64,000 nucleotides of DNA from the NCBI GenBank assembly GCA_964035575.1, contig OZ037840.1, positions 1,798,001 through 1,862,000 of the forward strand, read 5' to 3'. The notes beneath the pieces were generated by a model that did not search any database, was not told the origin of the DNA, and was given only the letters and a program-made list of their open reading frames with translations. Source of the DNA: Rhynchopus sp. YZ270_cl-10. Lineage: Eukaryota. Shown one piece after another: positions 10,733 to 20,836 of the stretch (within the stretch, counting starts at the first letter, position 1; every line of letters starts with the position of its first letter). A program made the translations under genes and the position numbers.

Positions 10733-13366
10733 ATGTTACTAACAGTAACCTTGCTAACTGTGGTGTCCACAGCACTCACGTGCACGGAACACTCCCCATC
10801 CTCCTGTGCCGAGGTGCAAGGCTGCATCTGGGACGATGGTCTCTCGCTCTGTGTCGACACAGCTTCACTCACAAAGCAGAATGCCAGTTGTGCGTCCATT
10901 ACGACCAGTGTCAGTTGCAGTGCCGAAGGCTGTCTCTGGACAGACTACGGTTGTGTTGAGGACAACACCACATGCGCATCTCTTAGCTTCACCGACTGCA
11001 TTCTTGACAGCAACTGCACATGGGACAACTCCAGCGACACCTGCTTTGACGGAAACATGACCTGTGGAGACATCATGAACGCCACCACCTGTGTTGACGC
11101 GAACTGCACATGGACAGGACAGGACTGTGTTGATGCAAATGCGACGTGCAACTCCTTCAACTACGTCGACTGCGTGTCCGACAGCAACTGCACTTGGGAC
11201 TACAATATTGATGAGTGCTTTGAAGCCAACCAGACGTGTGACGACATCACAAACCCCTGGTTCTGCGTTGATGCGGGATGTACATGGGACAACTCCACCG
11301 ACACCTGCTTTGATGGAGACATGACCTGTGGAGACATGAACGCCACCACCTGTGTTGACGCGAACTGCACATGGACAGGACAGGACTGTGTTGATGCAAA
11401 TGCGACGTGCAACTCCTTCAACTTCGTCGACTGCGTGTCCGACAGCAACTGCACTTGGGACTACAATATTGATGAGTGCTTTGAAGCCAACCAGACGTGT
11501 GACGACATCACAAACTTCATGTTCTGCGTTGATGCGGGATGTACATGGGACAACTCCACCGACACCTGCTTTGACGGAAACATGACCTGTGGCGACATCA
11601 TGAACGCCACCACCTGTGTTGACGCGAACTGCACATGGACAGGACAGGACTGTGTTGATGCAAATGCGACGTGTAACTCCTTCAACTTCGTCGACTGCGT
11701 GTCCGACAGCAACTGCACTTGGGACTACAACATTGATGAGTGTTTCGATGCCAACCAGACTTGCGACGACATCTCAAGTTCCTGGTTCTGCGCTTATGCG
11801 GGATGCACATGGGACAACTCCACCGACACCTGCTTTGACGGAAACATGACCTGTGGAGATATCATGAACGCCACCACCTGTGTTGACGCGAACTGCACAT
11901 GGACAGGACAGGACTGTGTTGATGCAAATGCGATGTGTAACTCCTTCAACTTCGTCGACTGCGTGTCCGACAGCAACTGCACTTGGGACTACAATATTGA
12001 TGAGTGCTTTGAAGCCAACCAGACGTGTGACGACATCACAAACCCCTGGTTCTGCGTTGATGCGGGATGTACATGGGACAACTCCACCGACACTTGCTTT
12101 GATGGAAACATGACCTGTGGAGATATCATGAACGCCACCACCTGTGTTGACGCGAACTGCACATGGACAGGACAGGACTGTGTTGATGCAAATGCGACGT
12201 GCAACTCCTTCAACTACGTCGACTGCGTGTCCGACAGCACCTGCACTTGGGACTACAATATTGATGAGTGCTTTGAAGCCAACCAGACGTGTGACGATAT
12301 CATAAACTTCATGTTCTGCGTTGATGCGGGATGTACATGGGACAACTCCACCGACACCTGCTTTGACGGAAACATGACCTGTGGAGATATCATGAACGTC
12401 ACCACCTGTGTTGACGCGAACTGCACATGGACAGGACAGGACTGTGTTGATGCAAATGCGACGTGTAACTCCTTCAACTTCGTCGACTGCGTGTCCGACA
12501 GCAACTGCACTTGGGACTACAACATTGATGAGTGTTTCGATGCCAACCAGACTTGCGACGACATCTCAAGTTCCTGGTTCTGCGCTTATGCGGGATGCAC
12601 ATGGGACAACTCCACCGACACCTGCTTTGACGGAAACATGACCTGTGGCGATATCATGAACGCCACCACCTGTGTTGACGCGAACTGCACATGGACAGGA
12701 CAGGACTGTGTTGATGCAAATGCGACGTGTAACTCCTTCAACTTCGTCGACTGCGTGTCCGACAGCAACTGCACTTGGGACTACAACATTGATGAGTGTT
12801 TCGATGCCAACCAGACTTGCGACGACATCTCAAGTTCCTGGTTCTGCGCTTATGCGGGATGCACATGGGACAACTGCACCGACACCTGCTTCGACGGAAA
12901 CATGACCTGTGGCGATATCATGAACGCCACCACCTGTGTTGACGCGAACTGCACATGGACAGGACAGGACTGTGTTGATGCAAATGCGACGTGTTCTGAT
13001 TTTGATAGTTCGATCCTCTGTGGTCGTGACTCCCATTGTGTGTGGTCAGGGACGTACTGTGCCTCACGGAACCCCTGCGCTCTGCACAGCGGAGTGGACG
13101 AGTGCACAGACCACGGGTGTTCGTGGTCCGCTGGTGAGTGCAAGCAGTCTGACAGCCTGCCTGTGTGGGTACTGTCTCTCAGTATTGCTGGTGGTGTGGC
13201 GCTGTTGGGAGTGGCGGCTGCGCTGGTGGTGATGAAGTACCGTCCTAGCGGGAATTCCTTTTCATCGCATGCTAAGTTGGATGATCTGGAGCACCTGCGA
13301 AAGCTCAGTGTGAACGATGTGTACGACAGTGAGAACGTGGTGTGTTATGAAGTAGCTGCATCGTAG
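10733..13366 (+). CDS. Cys-rich tandem-repeat type I membrane glycoprotein, paralog 2
   Basis: 877-aa ORF. N-terminus, TM and tail nearly identical to 687..4100; 88-aa (264-bp) repeat unit in 7 copies plus a partial. Confidence 0.92.
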   Translation: MLLTVTLLTVVSTALTCTEHSPSSCAEVQGCIWDDGLSLCVDTASLTKQNASCASITTSVSCSAEGCLWTDYGCVEDNTTCASLSFTDCILDSNCTWDNSSDTCFDGNMTCGDIMNATTCVDANCTWTGQDCVDANATCNSFNYVDCVSDSNCTWDYNIDECFEANQTCDDITNPWFCVDAGCTWDNSTDTCFDGDMTCGDMNATTCVDANCTWTGQDCVDANATCNSFNFVDCVSDSNCTWDYNIDECFEANQTCDDITNFMFCVDAGCTWDNSTDTCFDGNMTCGDIMNATTCVDANCTWTGQDCVDANATCNSFNFVDCVSDSNCTWDYNIDECFDANQTCDDISSSWFCAYAGCTWDNSTDTCFDGNMTCGDIMNATTCVDANCTWTGQDCVDANAMCNSFNFVDCVSDSNCTWDYNIDECFEANQTCDDITNPWFCVDAGCTWDNSTDTCFDGNMTCGDIMNATTCVDANCTWTGQDCVDANATCNSFNYVDCVSDSTCTWDYNIDECFEANQTCDDIINFMFCVDAGCTWDNSTDTCFDGNMTCGDIMNVTTCVDANCTWTGQDCVDANATCNSFNFVDCVSDSNCTWDYNIDECFDANQTCDDISSSWFCAYAGCTWDNSTDTCFDGNMTCGDIMNATTCVDANCTWTGQDCVDANATCNSFNFVDCVSDSNCTWDYNIDECFDANQTCDDISSSWFCAYAGCTWDNCTDTCFDGNMTCGDIMNATTCVDANCTWTGQDCVDANATCSDFDSSILCGRDSHCVWSGTYCASRNPCALHSGVDECTDHGCSWSAGECKQSDSLPVWVLSLSIAGGVALLGVAAALVVMKYRPSGNSFSSHAKLDDLEHLRKLSVNDVYDSENVVCYEVAAS

Positions 13367-14138
13367 ATCGAGTGTTGCTCAGCCACATACAGAAGCGATG
13401 CTTGCGTATGTTTGTTCACGTGTCTTTGTGTGGACCCTTTAGACAGCAATGTCAGCTTTTTATTTATAGGGTCATTTGTCTCTGTCTGCCTCTAATTTCT
13501 GCCTTCCTATTGTATTTGGTGGAAAATATTTTATTTCCCCTTTCTTTGTTTCTTTCTTTCTTTTGTCGTGTTGTGTGAAACTTGTCTTTTTCTTTTTTTG
13601 TGTGTGAACGTTTTCAATATGAACAGATATTTAGATACAGAGAAAGAGAAAGCGCCAGACTGTCCTTTGTTCTGCGACTAAATTTATTTTCCTACTACCG
13701 AGCACGTATTTGTGCCTTGTACTGTAACTCAAAAACGAGTTTCCAAAGTTGTTGTACTGTGAAAGGACCGCGGAACTTTTTATCGGAAACTGTTATTCTT
13801 CTCAGACAAGACACAAAAAGACTTGGCAGGAAAATACTTTTTCACACAACGTTTTTTTTTTGCTGTTTCTACTTTTTTAAGTTTCTGACCACCTGATTTT
13901 AACGCCTCCCATCACCTCCCAACACGCGTGGCGTTCTAATAATGTTTCTGACCCCTCACTGAAGCTTGAATGCATGCTTCTTTTTTGCTCTCTCTGATGC
14001 ACTGCCCATTTGGCGTGTTGCTCTTCTTACGCTTTCCTTGTCTTTGTCATGAATGAGAATACGCAAACGTCTCAAATTCAAGAACCCCCTATAACCTATG
14101 CTGTCATTCTTCCTAGTTTCGAGTGCGAAACGTTTCCC

Positions 14139-14189
14139 CATTATTTCTACAGGGTGGGGTTCCAAGATCGTGGGTCCCCCCATATCCAC
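14139..14189 (+). mobile_element. Helitron/Helentron Rep HUH-motif remnant
   Basis: Translates to HYFYRVGFQDRGSPHIH, matching the Rep motif EFQxRGxPHxH with E changed to G; no surrounding Rep/helicase ORF. Confidence 0.7.
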
Positions 14190-14920
14190 AACACACCCCG
14201 TTTTTTTTTGATAGCAATTACTTTTTTTTGAACCAATTTCCCCCCTCAGTTCACAACTTTACCGTCCCGTAAAACAATCTTGTTTCTCTACGCAATCTTC
14301 TCTCAATTGTTACGCTTTATGTGTAAACCAACAACAAACAGCAAAAAAATGCATGTTTTTTCACGGGAAACTTTGCACGAATTTAATTTAATTTTTTTTT
14401 GTGTGAAAGCACATCCTACTTGTGCCTCCACTGTCACAAAGCAAGGACTTTCACAAAAAGTGAACAATACCCCCATCACCCATAAAACACTCCGTTAGTG
14501 CTTTCCTGTCACTTCGGAAAAAGTTGTTTTAGTTCCCTCCCAATTCCCTGTCTGAACTACCGAAAGGAAAAAAAAGTCAATATTTTTATTCTCACATCAC
14601 CCAGGACTCACGCTATCCAGATAGTTCAGGACATGGCGCGTATGCCGTGGGTAGCGTACCAACTAAAAGACGAACGGGGTTTATTATGATTTTAAATGAT
14701 CACATGGCATTCGGGGTGGCGATGGTCGATGGTTAGCAATATCCCTGAAAGGGGGAGTCAGGTAAGGCGTAAAACTGATACAACACACGTCTGCTTCGCT
14801 ACGCTTATATTAGTCTTGAATCAAACAACCTTCTCTTGCGCATCACCTCACCCATCACAAACCCCTCCCCCCCAAACACAGCATTTTAAAAGGGCTATTT
14901 TCGATCATACACCGCTCACG

Positions 14921-15916
14921 ATGAGGCCTTTGGCACCAACGTTGTCAGAGACATGTGGATTGGACAACGTCATCGGCGATACTAGTGGACCGTTTGGTTC
15001 ACTCAGTACACAGCGCTGGCCGAATCCTTCTCACTCTGAGGCATTTGCACGAGAGCTCATCAGGCAGGTTGAGTCGCAGTGGGCGTTGGGGAGCGTGCAG
15101 TACACTGTGAGCCCGCACAATGTGCACAGAAAGGCGTTTGAAGCTGTGCCTGCCGATCTGTACCTCTGGCACCACCCGAACACCGCAGCGACGCTTGCGG
15201 TGCACATCGTGCCGATCCGTCCTGTGGAGCACGCTGGTATCTGGTGGTTCCGGGTCGAGCAGGTCCCCTCCTCTGCAGCGGGCAACGCGATATCGCTGTA
15301 CGTCCTGGAGAGCCGTCCGCCTCGGCTGCACCCAAGGGGACACCGCTTTGCGCACAGCCTTGAGGAGGAGTTTTACTTCTTGCCGTGTGTGCGTGGTGGC
15401 GGTGGGGAGGGTGATGCACGCAGTGAGTTCTCTGCCTACCAGCACACCCAAGGTGGTGCCGTCATTGCAGAGCGTGGCGGCTGGGCCTTCCCGGTGTCCG
15501 CCCTGGAGCGTGGGAGGTGTGGTGTGTGCAGGTCAGGTGGGTGCAAGCATGTTCAGCTGTCAGCGGCGTGTGTGCCTGCCTCGGATGTGCCCTCTCTGGC
15601 TCGCGTGTTGCACAACGAGCTTCTGAAGGCGGACTCAAGCATCCACATCGGGGAGTGGCTCAGCACCGACATAGCGTCGTTGCCACGGTGCGCACCGTCG
15701 CTAGCAGGCTCGGTGCATGGTGGTAGTGTGGTGGAGGCAGGCGTGCGTCCGCAGGTGTGTGCCCTGTGCCTGCAGGTGACAAGCGATATGGCAGCGCACC
15801 TGGTGGAAGTGCATTGGCGTACCTGTGCAGGGGTGGAGGGGGGGCACGTGGCCAGGTCGTCCAAGGCGCGGTTTACACAGCGCCTGTCGCAGGACACAAA
15901 GTGGCTTGGGTTGTAG
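14921..15916 (+). CDS. Hypothetical protein with SWIM-like and C2H2-like Zn-binding motifs
   Basis: GC-rich part of ORF 14696..15916; start placed at ATG 14921 after a C/A-rich tract. Motifs CGVCRSGGCKH and CALC-x9-H-x4-H. Confidence 0.7.
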   Translation: MRPLAPTLSETCGLDNVIGDTSGPFGSLSTQRWPNPSHSEAFARELIRQVESQWALGSVQYTVSPHNVHRKAFEAVPADLYLWHHPNTAATLAVHIVPIRPVEHAGIWWFRVEQVPSSAAGNAISLYVLESRPPRLHPRGHRFAHSLEEEFYFLPCVRGGGGEGDARSEFSAYQHTQGGAVIAERGGWAFPVSALERGRCGVCRSGGCKHVQLSAACVPASDVPSLARVLHNELLKADSSIHIGEWLSTDIASLPRCAPSLAGSVHGGSVVEAGVRPQVCALCLQVTSDMAAHLVEVHWRTCAGVEGGHVARSSKARFTQRLSQDTKWLGL

Positions 15917-16146
15917 GCTGGGTTATGGGGGCCGGGTGGCAGCAGGCTAGTCTACAGCCATTAAGACAAAAGTGTCTCTCGATCTACCTTCGAAGGCATT
16001 GGTATTATTAAAACAAAAAACGCTAATTTTCTTGTTGGCCTCCCTCTGTGTGTTGATTGAATATAACTCAGCTATGCCCCCTCTGCCCCTCAAGCCCCTA
16101 ACTCACCACCACCACCACCCTTCCCCACAGAAGACACCCTTTCTCA

Positions 16147-17277
16147 ATGGAGGTTTCTGCAGTGTTTTATGATACAGGAGCATGTGTGGTGCTGGAGGTG
16201 GAGGAGGCAGACTTGGTGGGTGAAGTGAAGCGCCGTGTGTGCGATGAGGTGCTTGGGTCTACACAGGAGCATGGACGAAATGTGATGGGGATGCTTGGTA
16301 TACGCATAGCGGGGTGTGACGAGGTGCTGGACGACACATCAGTACTGTCCTCATACGACTGTGCAGAGATCGAGGTGGTGCGGGTCTCAGCAGATGTGAA
16401 GATGCCGGCCATCCTTGAGGAGAACGGCGGCATCACCGCCCTCTCCCTCTCCCCTACAGGGAAGGTCTGCTTCGTCGCACGCAGAAACGGCAAAATCAAC
16501 GAATGCTGCATGGAAACCATCGGTGTCCTGAAGACCATCTCCCTAGACAGTCTAATCCTAGCCATGGCAACGTCGATGTGCGGCAGCCTCATCGCCAGTC
16601 GGACACGCGATGAAATTCAGGTACACAACGTAGAGGACGGTGTCTGCGTGCTGAGCATTCCCTGCGCCAGCGGAACAGGGCTTGTCATATCCGAGTGTGG
16701 CTCGCTCGTTGCGTACGACGTCGACAGCACACTGCGCGTCGTGGGGATCCGTTCCAACATTTTTGCATTTGTCGGGCAGAGTGGTCCGATAGGCTGCATG
16801 GTCGCAGGGCCTGGGTGTGTCGTCACCTGTGGTACTGAGGAGGGCTACCTCGTGAGGGTGTGGGACCTGGCAACGGGGGAGTTCACATTCCTCGGTGACG
16901 GGGGCTCCATTTGTGGGCAGCAGGTTCTGGCGATGTCGATTAGTGAGTGCGGGACGCGGGTGATTACTGGTACTGAGGACAGTTGCCAGGTGACATGCTT
17001 GCGTACAGGGGTGCAGCAGCTGTCGATCGCATGCGACTACCCTGTGTGTTCCGTGGCAATGTTCGGCAGACGTGTCGTGTACTCGACAGACAACGAGCTT
17101 GTCATGTGGGAAGGTGTTGCTGACGACAGCGAATGGGTCGATGTCGGCCGTGGCAGCAAAATGACGCAAGTGCTCTTCGGCATCACACACGTCCTCTTCA
17201 CAAAGTGTGGCCAAGGTGTCATATTCTCAGACGGCAACATGCTTCGCGTCAAGAAGTTTTCCCACACCCCGCGTTAA
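16147..17277 (+). CDS. Ubiquitin-like domain + WD40-repeat protein
   Basis: TGACVVLEVEEADLVGEVKRRVCD aligns by eye with ubiquitin [24 protein letters not shown]; WD40-like blades (ITALSLSPTG, VRVWDLATG). Confidence 0.85.
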   Translation: MEVSAVFYDTGACVVLEVEEADLVGEVKRRVCDEVLGSTQEHGRNVMGMLGIRIAGCDEVLDDTSVLSSYDCAEIEVVRVSADVKMPAILEENGGITALSLSPTGKVCFVARRNGKINECCMETIGVLKTISLDSLILAMATSMCGSLIASRTRDEIQVHNVEDGVCVLSIPCASGTGLVISECGSLVAYDVDSTLRVVGIRSNIFAFVGQSGPIGCMVAGPGCVVTCGTEEGYLVRVWDLATGEFTFLGDGGSICGQQVLAMSISECGTRVITGTEDSCQVTCLRTGVQQLSIACDYPVCSVAMFGRRVVYSTDNELVMWEGVADDSEWVDVGRGSKMTQVLFGITHVLFTKCGQGVIFSDGNMLRVKKFSHTPR

Positions 17278-19074
17278 CGTGTTTTATATAGTACCGTGCT
17301 TCGTGTCAATTCATTGTTTCGTACAATTTCGATCCTTACTTCTTTTTAAAACGATTTTCTCTCATTTTTAAATGTGTCTTTTGCATGTAGAGCGTTATGC
17401 TCATGTGTTCTGTACCGTACCGCTTCTGGCTTCAAAATCCCTATGGGAAGTGCTCTGCACAGGTAGTGGTTCCTTCAAAGCATGGGCGCTTCACTTTCAA
17501 AGGGTTCTTTTGCTTTGCTTTGCCACAGCCTCTTAAGCAGCTCTGTTCCTCTTTTATGGTTTATTTACATTGTGCCGTTACCCGCAATAGTAAAATGGGG
17601 AAATGGCATTGTCCCAAACAAACGCTGTGACGAAGGGAAACAAGCTCCCACAACAGGAGCGTGGACCCTCGATAACGCTTATGAGAAGGATGTGTGTGCA
17701 GGGGAGATATGTTCTTCTCTCAAACCTTTTTTTTATACAAACGATCATTCGAAAAACCACTCCTACCAAAGCGAAGATGTGGGGGCAGGCGTACTGTTTA
17801 TATCTGGCTTTTTTATGGTATTTTTCTCCACCTTTCTTGGTTGATGCCTTAACACAATTGTGACAAAGGATTCTGACCAGTATTGTGGAAGCGAACAACA
17901 AAAAACCTTTATTTTTCTCCTTCCCGTTTTTAGTCTTTTGAGCAACAAGCAAAGCGTAACGAGTCTCTCGACGCGAGAGTCACTTCATGAATTTTCGACT
18001 TACCCACCGAGTCCTGGACGTCTCCTCGCTCTTTGCACTGCGGTCAGCGCTCACAGACGGCCCGTCCGTAGCCTTGTCGACAGGGAGATCAACGCGAGGT
18101 GGCGACAGTGGCAGTGAGGCATCAATGGCATTTGATGCAAAAAGCATCTTCATTATTTTCTCCTTCACCCCAAGTGTCTGCAGGGTCCAAAGCGTGTGGC
18201 TGTGCAGGTTCCCATGCGCATTGGCGAATCTCAGGGTCCCGCAATAACTCGCCCTCCTGCACCTGCAAGGATCCTAACGGTCACTGAGACCGTCACTCGC
18301 TTGAACCCCGCGCACTGTCCTTTAAAAACCCCTTCCAAGCGTCCTCGAGGAGTGGGTACCGGGTCTTCCCAGGCCGCATTCCATGCAGCTCACCCTGCAC
18401 TACTTCCCCCCGACTGCTTCGCCGACTGCAACTGCGTGCAGAACCACTTCACCTGGTCCATGTTGTGGATCCGGTTTGCACCACTCTGTCTACGTGCTTT
18501 TTGGCGTATTCACGTACGACATTATTGCGCCGTTGATGGCACGGAGGGTTTTCTGTTGGTCATGACACCCATTCTAGACAATAGAAAAGAAAATGTCTCA
18601 ATATCCTTCAAGTCTGCGTCCTTCTTCACAAAGCGATCCCACGTCTGCGTGAACTCCTTCTTCGACCTTTTCTAAGGTCCTGCACCATTTTTTTTTCGAC
18701 TTCAGCGAAACGTCCCTGCGTGCCCCGTTCCTCGGAGTGCGGATTGAGTAGACTCGCTTCTGTACCGGTGGCTGGTAGTCATCTAAATTTACATCATCAT
18801 GACTCATCCCAGCTTCTGCCATCCCCAGAGACGTTGGGTGGCGGTGTCGACCTGCGTCTGACAATGATCCCATGGTGAACAGCATGGAGTGTGCAGGCAG
18901 CAGAAGGGTACGTAACACCACCTCGGCAAAGTGGCATCTGGGTGGCACCTTCCTTGAGAACGTGCCCATGAGGCGTGGCTTCAATACCATTCACATGCAT
19001 TGTTGTGTCTTCCCTTTCTGCATTTTCCCTCTCTCCCCTCCAATCTGTAGGATATTGAAAAAAAAACAACAAAA

Positions 19075-19938
19075 ATGACCCAAAACGTTACGTACGGCGA
19101 GGACGCGCAGATGCAGAAGCTGAACTCTCTGCTGACCCGCTACAGCATCACCATCGCTGACGCGAACGATTTGGTCCAGCTGCAAGGGTACGAGATTGTG
19201 TTTCTGGTCGACGACTCTGGGTCCATGAGCCTCAGCAGCGTGCCTTCTCACTTACGCCGTCTTGGCCAGCGCGAACCGACCCGCTGGGATGAGCTTGGGG
19301 GCACGGTGCAGATGGTTGTCGAGATTGCGACGATCTTCGACGCCGACGGCGTTGACGTCTTCTTCCTTAACCGAGAGCCCCTCCGATCCATCAAATCTCG
19401 CGACGATCCGAGACTCACTGCTGCACTTGCACAGCCACCAAGCGGTGGCACGCCTCTCACGGAACAACTCCAGCAGGTTATCATGCAGTATGCGCACAGC
19501 GAAAAACCTGTGTTGATCCTCATAGCGACAGATGGGACACCGAATGGTGGGTTGCATGCGTTCAAGACGTGCATCAGACAGGCGATTGCTAAGAGGGGGT
19601 GCAGCGCGACGTTTAAGTTCCAGATTCTTGCGTGCACAGATGACGACTCCGCGATCGGCTGGCTCAACGAATTTGACGAAGAGTTCGCTGAAGTCGACGT
19701 CACCGACGACTACCACTCCGAGCGTGCAGAAGTCCTCAAGGCAGAGCGCGCACCGCACTTCACACGAGGCGACTGGCTCATGAAGGCCCTCCTCGGCCCC
19801 ATCATCTCCAAATTCGACGACTGGGATGAACCCAACAAAACAAAACCCCCTCAATTCCACAACAACTCCCACCCACCCTACGGGGGTGGCCCGCAAACTA
19901 CCAAGAAGAAGAACGAAGGGTGCTGCTCTGTGCAGTGA
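19075..19938 (+). CDS. von Willebrand factor A domain protein with C-terminal CaaX box
   Basis: IVFLVDDSGSM MIDAS motif, GGTPL and LILIATDG motifs; ends KKKNEGCCSVQ. Confidence 0.9.
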   Translation: MTQNVTYGEDAQMQKLNSLLTRYSITIADANDLVQLQGYEIVFLVDDSGSMSLSSVPSHLRRLGQREPTRWDELGGTVQMVVEIATIFDADGVDVFFLNREPLRSIKSRDDPRLTAALAQPPSGGTPLTEQLQQVIMQYAHSEKPVLILIATDGTPNGGLHAFKTCIRQAIAKRGCSATFKFQILACTDDDSAIGWLNEFDEEFAEVDVTDDYHSERAEVLKAERAPHFTRGDWLMKALLGPIISKFDDWDEPNKTKPPQFHNNSHPPYGGGPQTTKKKNEGCCSVQ

Positions 19939-20836
19939 AAAAAGGGGGGGTTTTTTTTTAAAGTCAAATGCAGTTGTGAATGAGAAATGGTGGAAGCGTA
20001 CAACTAAACTCTGAGTTTAACTCTCCCTGTTTCGTTTCCCGTTTTTCTGTGTGGCCGTGAAAAAGGACGAAACCTCCCCCCGTGTGTGAATCATGCTGGG
20101 TTTTTCAGAAGTGTTTTTCAACCCACCGCTTTTGTCCGTGTTTCTTTTGCTGTTTCTTTTTCGCGATCTCCCCTCTCCCTTTTTTAGAAAATGATTCACT
20201 CAGAAAGAAGAAAGAAATGCAAACTTCTTTTCTCCCCTGCAAGTAAGGGGTGAAGGGGTTCAAAACAGGTTTTTTTGGGCCCATACCCGGGTCACCCGGG
20301 TGTGTGGGAAAAAACCATCCAAAAAACCCACAGAGGTTTAGCCGCGCAACTGGCGAACAAGCCACTCGTTGAAAGAGCGGAGGATATAGGTGGGGGGGAA
20401 CGGAAAAGGGGGAGAAACGTGTTGAGTGTTGTTGCTTCGTCCCCTCGTGGTGTCCACCACGGTGCAAGAGGTATAAGAGGAGGAAACTCTGGAATTCATT
20501 TTTTTTTTTTGAAAACTTGGTGGAAGTGCATCCTCGGGGTGCCTGCTACCAACACAACAGAGGAGTACGGTTTCACATCGAACGTTTTTTAAGATGTCCC
20601 ATGATTTTTTCTCGTTTTGAGACAGGGCTCTTTCTTGTATTTTTTGATGTTTTTGAACGTTGCTTTTTTTTTGCATTACCCAAGCTAAATGGAACGAGAC
20701 TACAAGAGAGTTTCGGAAACATAATGTAAAGCAAACATTGAGAAAATCTACGGAAATATTACTAGCACAATTTTTGGTTCACATCACCACCACCTACCCA
20801 CCACCCCACACACCACCACCCAGACCCTCTCACACA

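Noticed and set aside
898..12990. Regularly spaced repeats as a CRISPR array or non-coding satellite
   Set aside because: The units are in-frame coding repeats with no unique spacers, and no cas genes are present.
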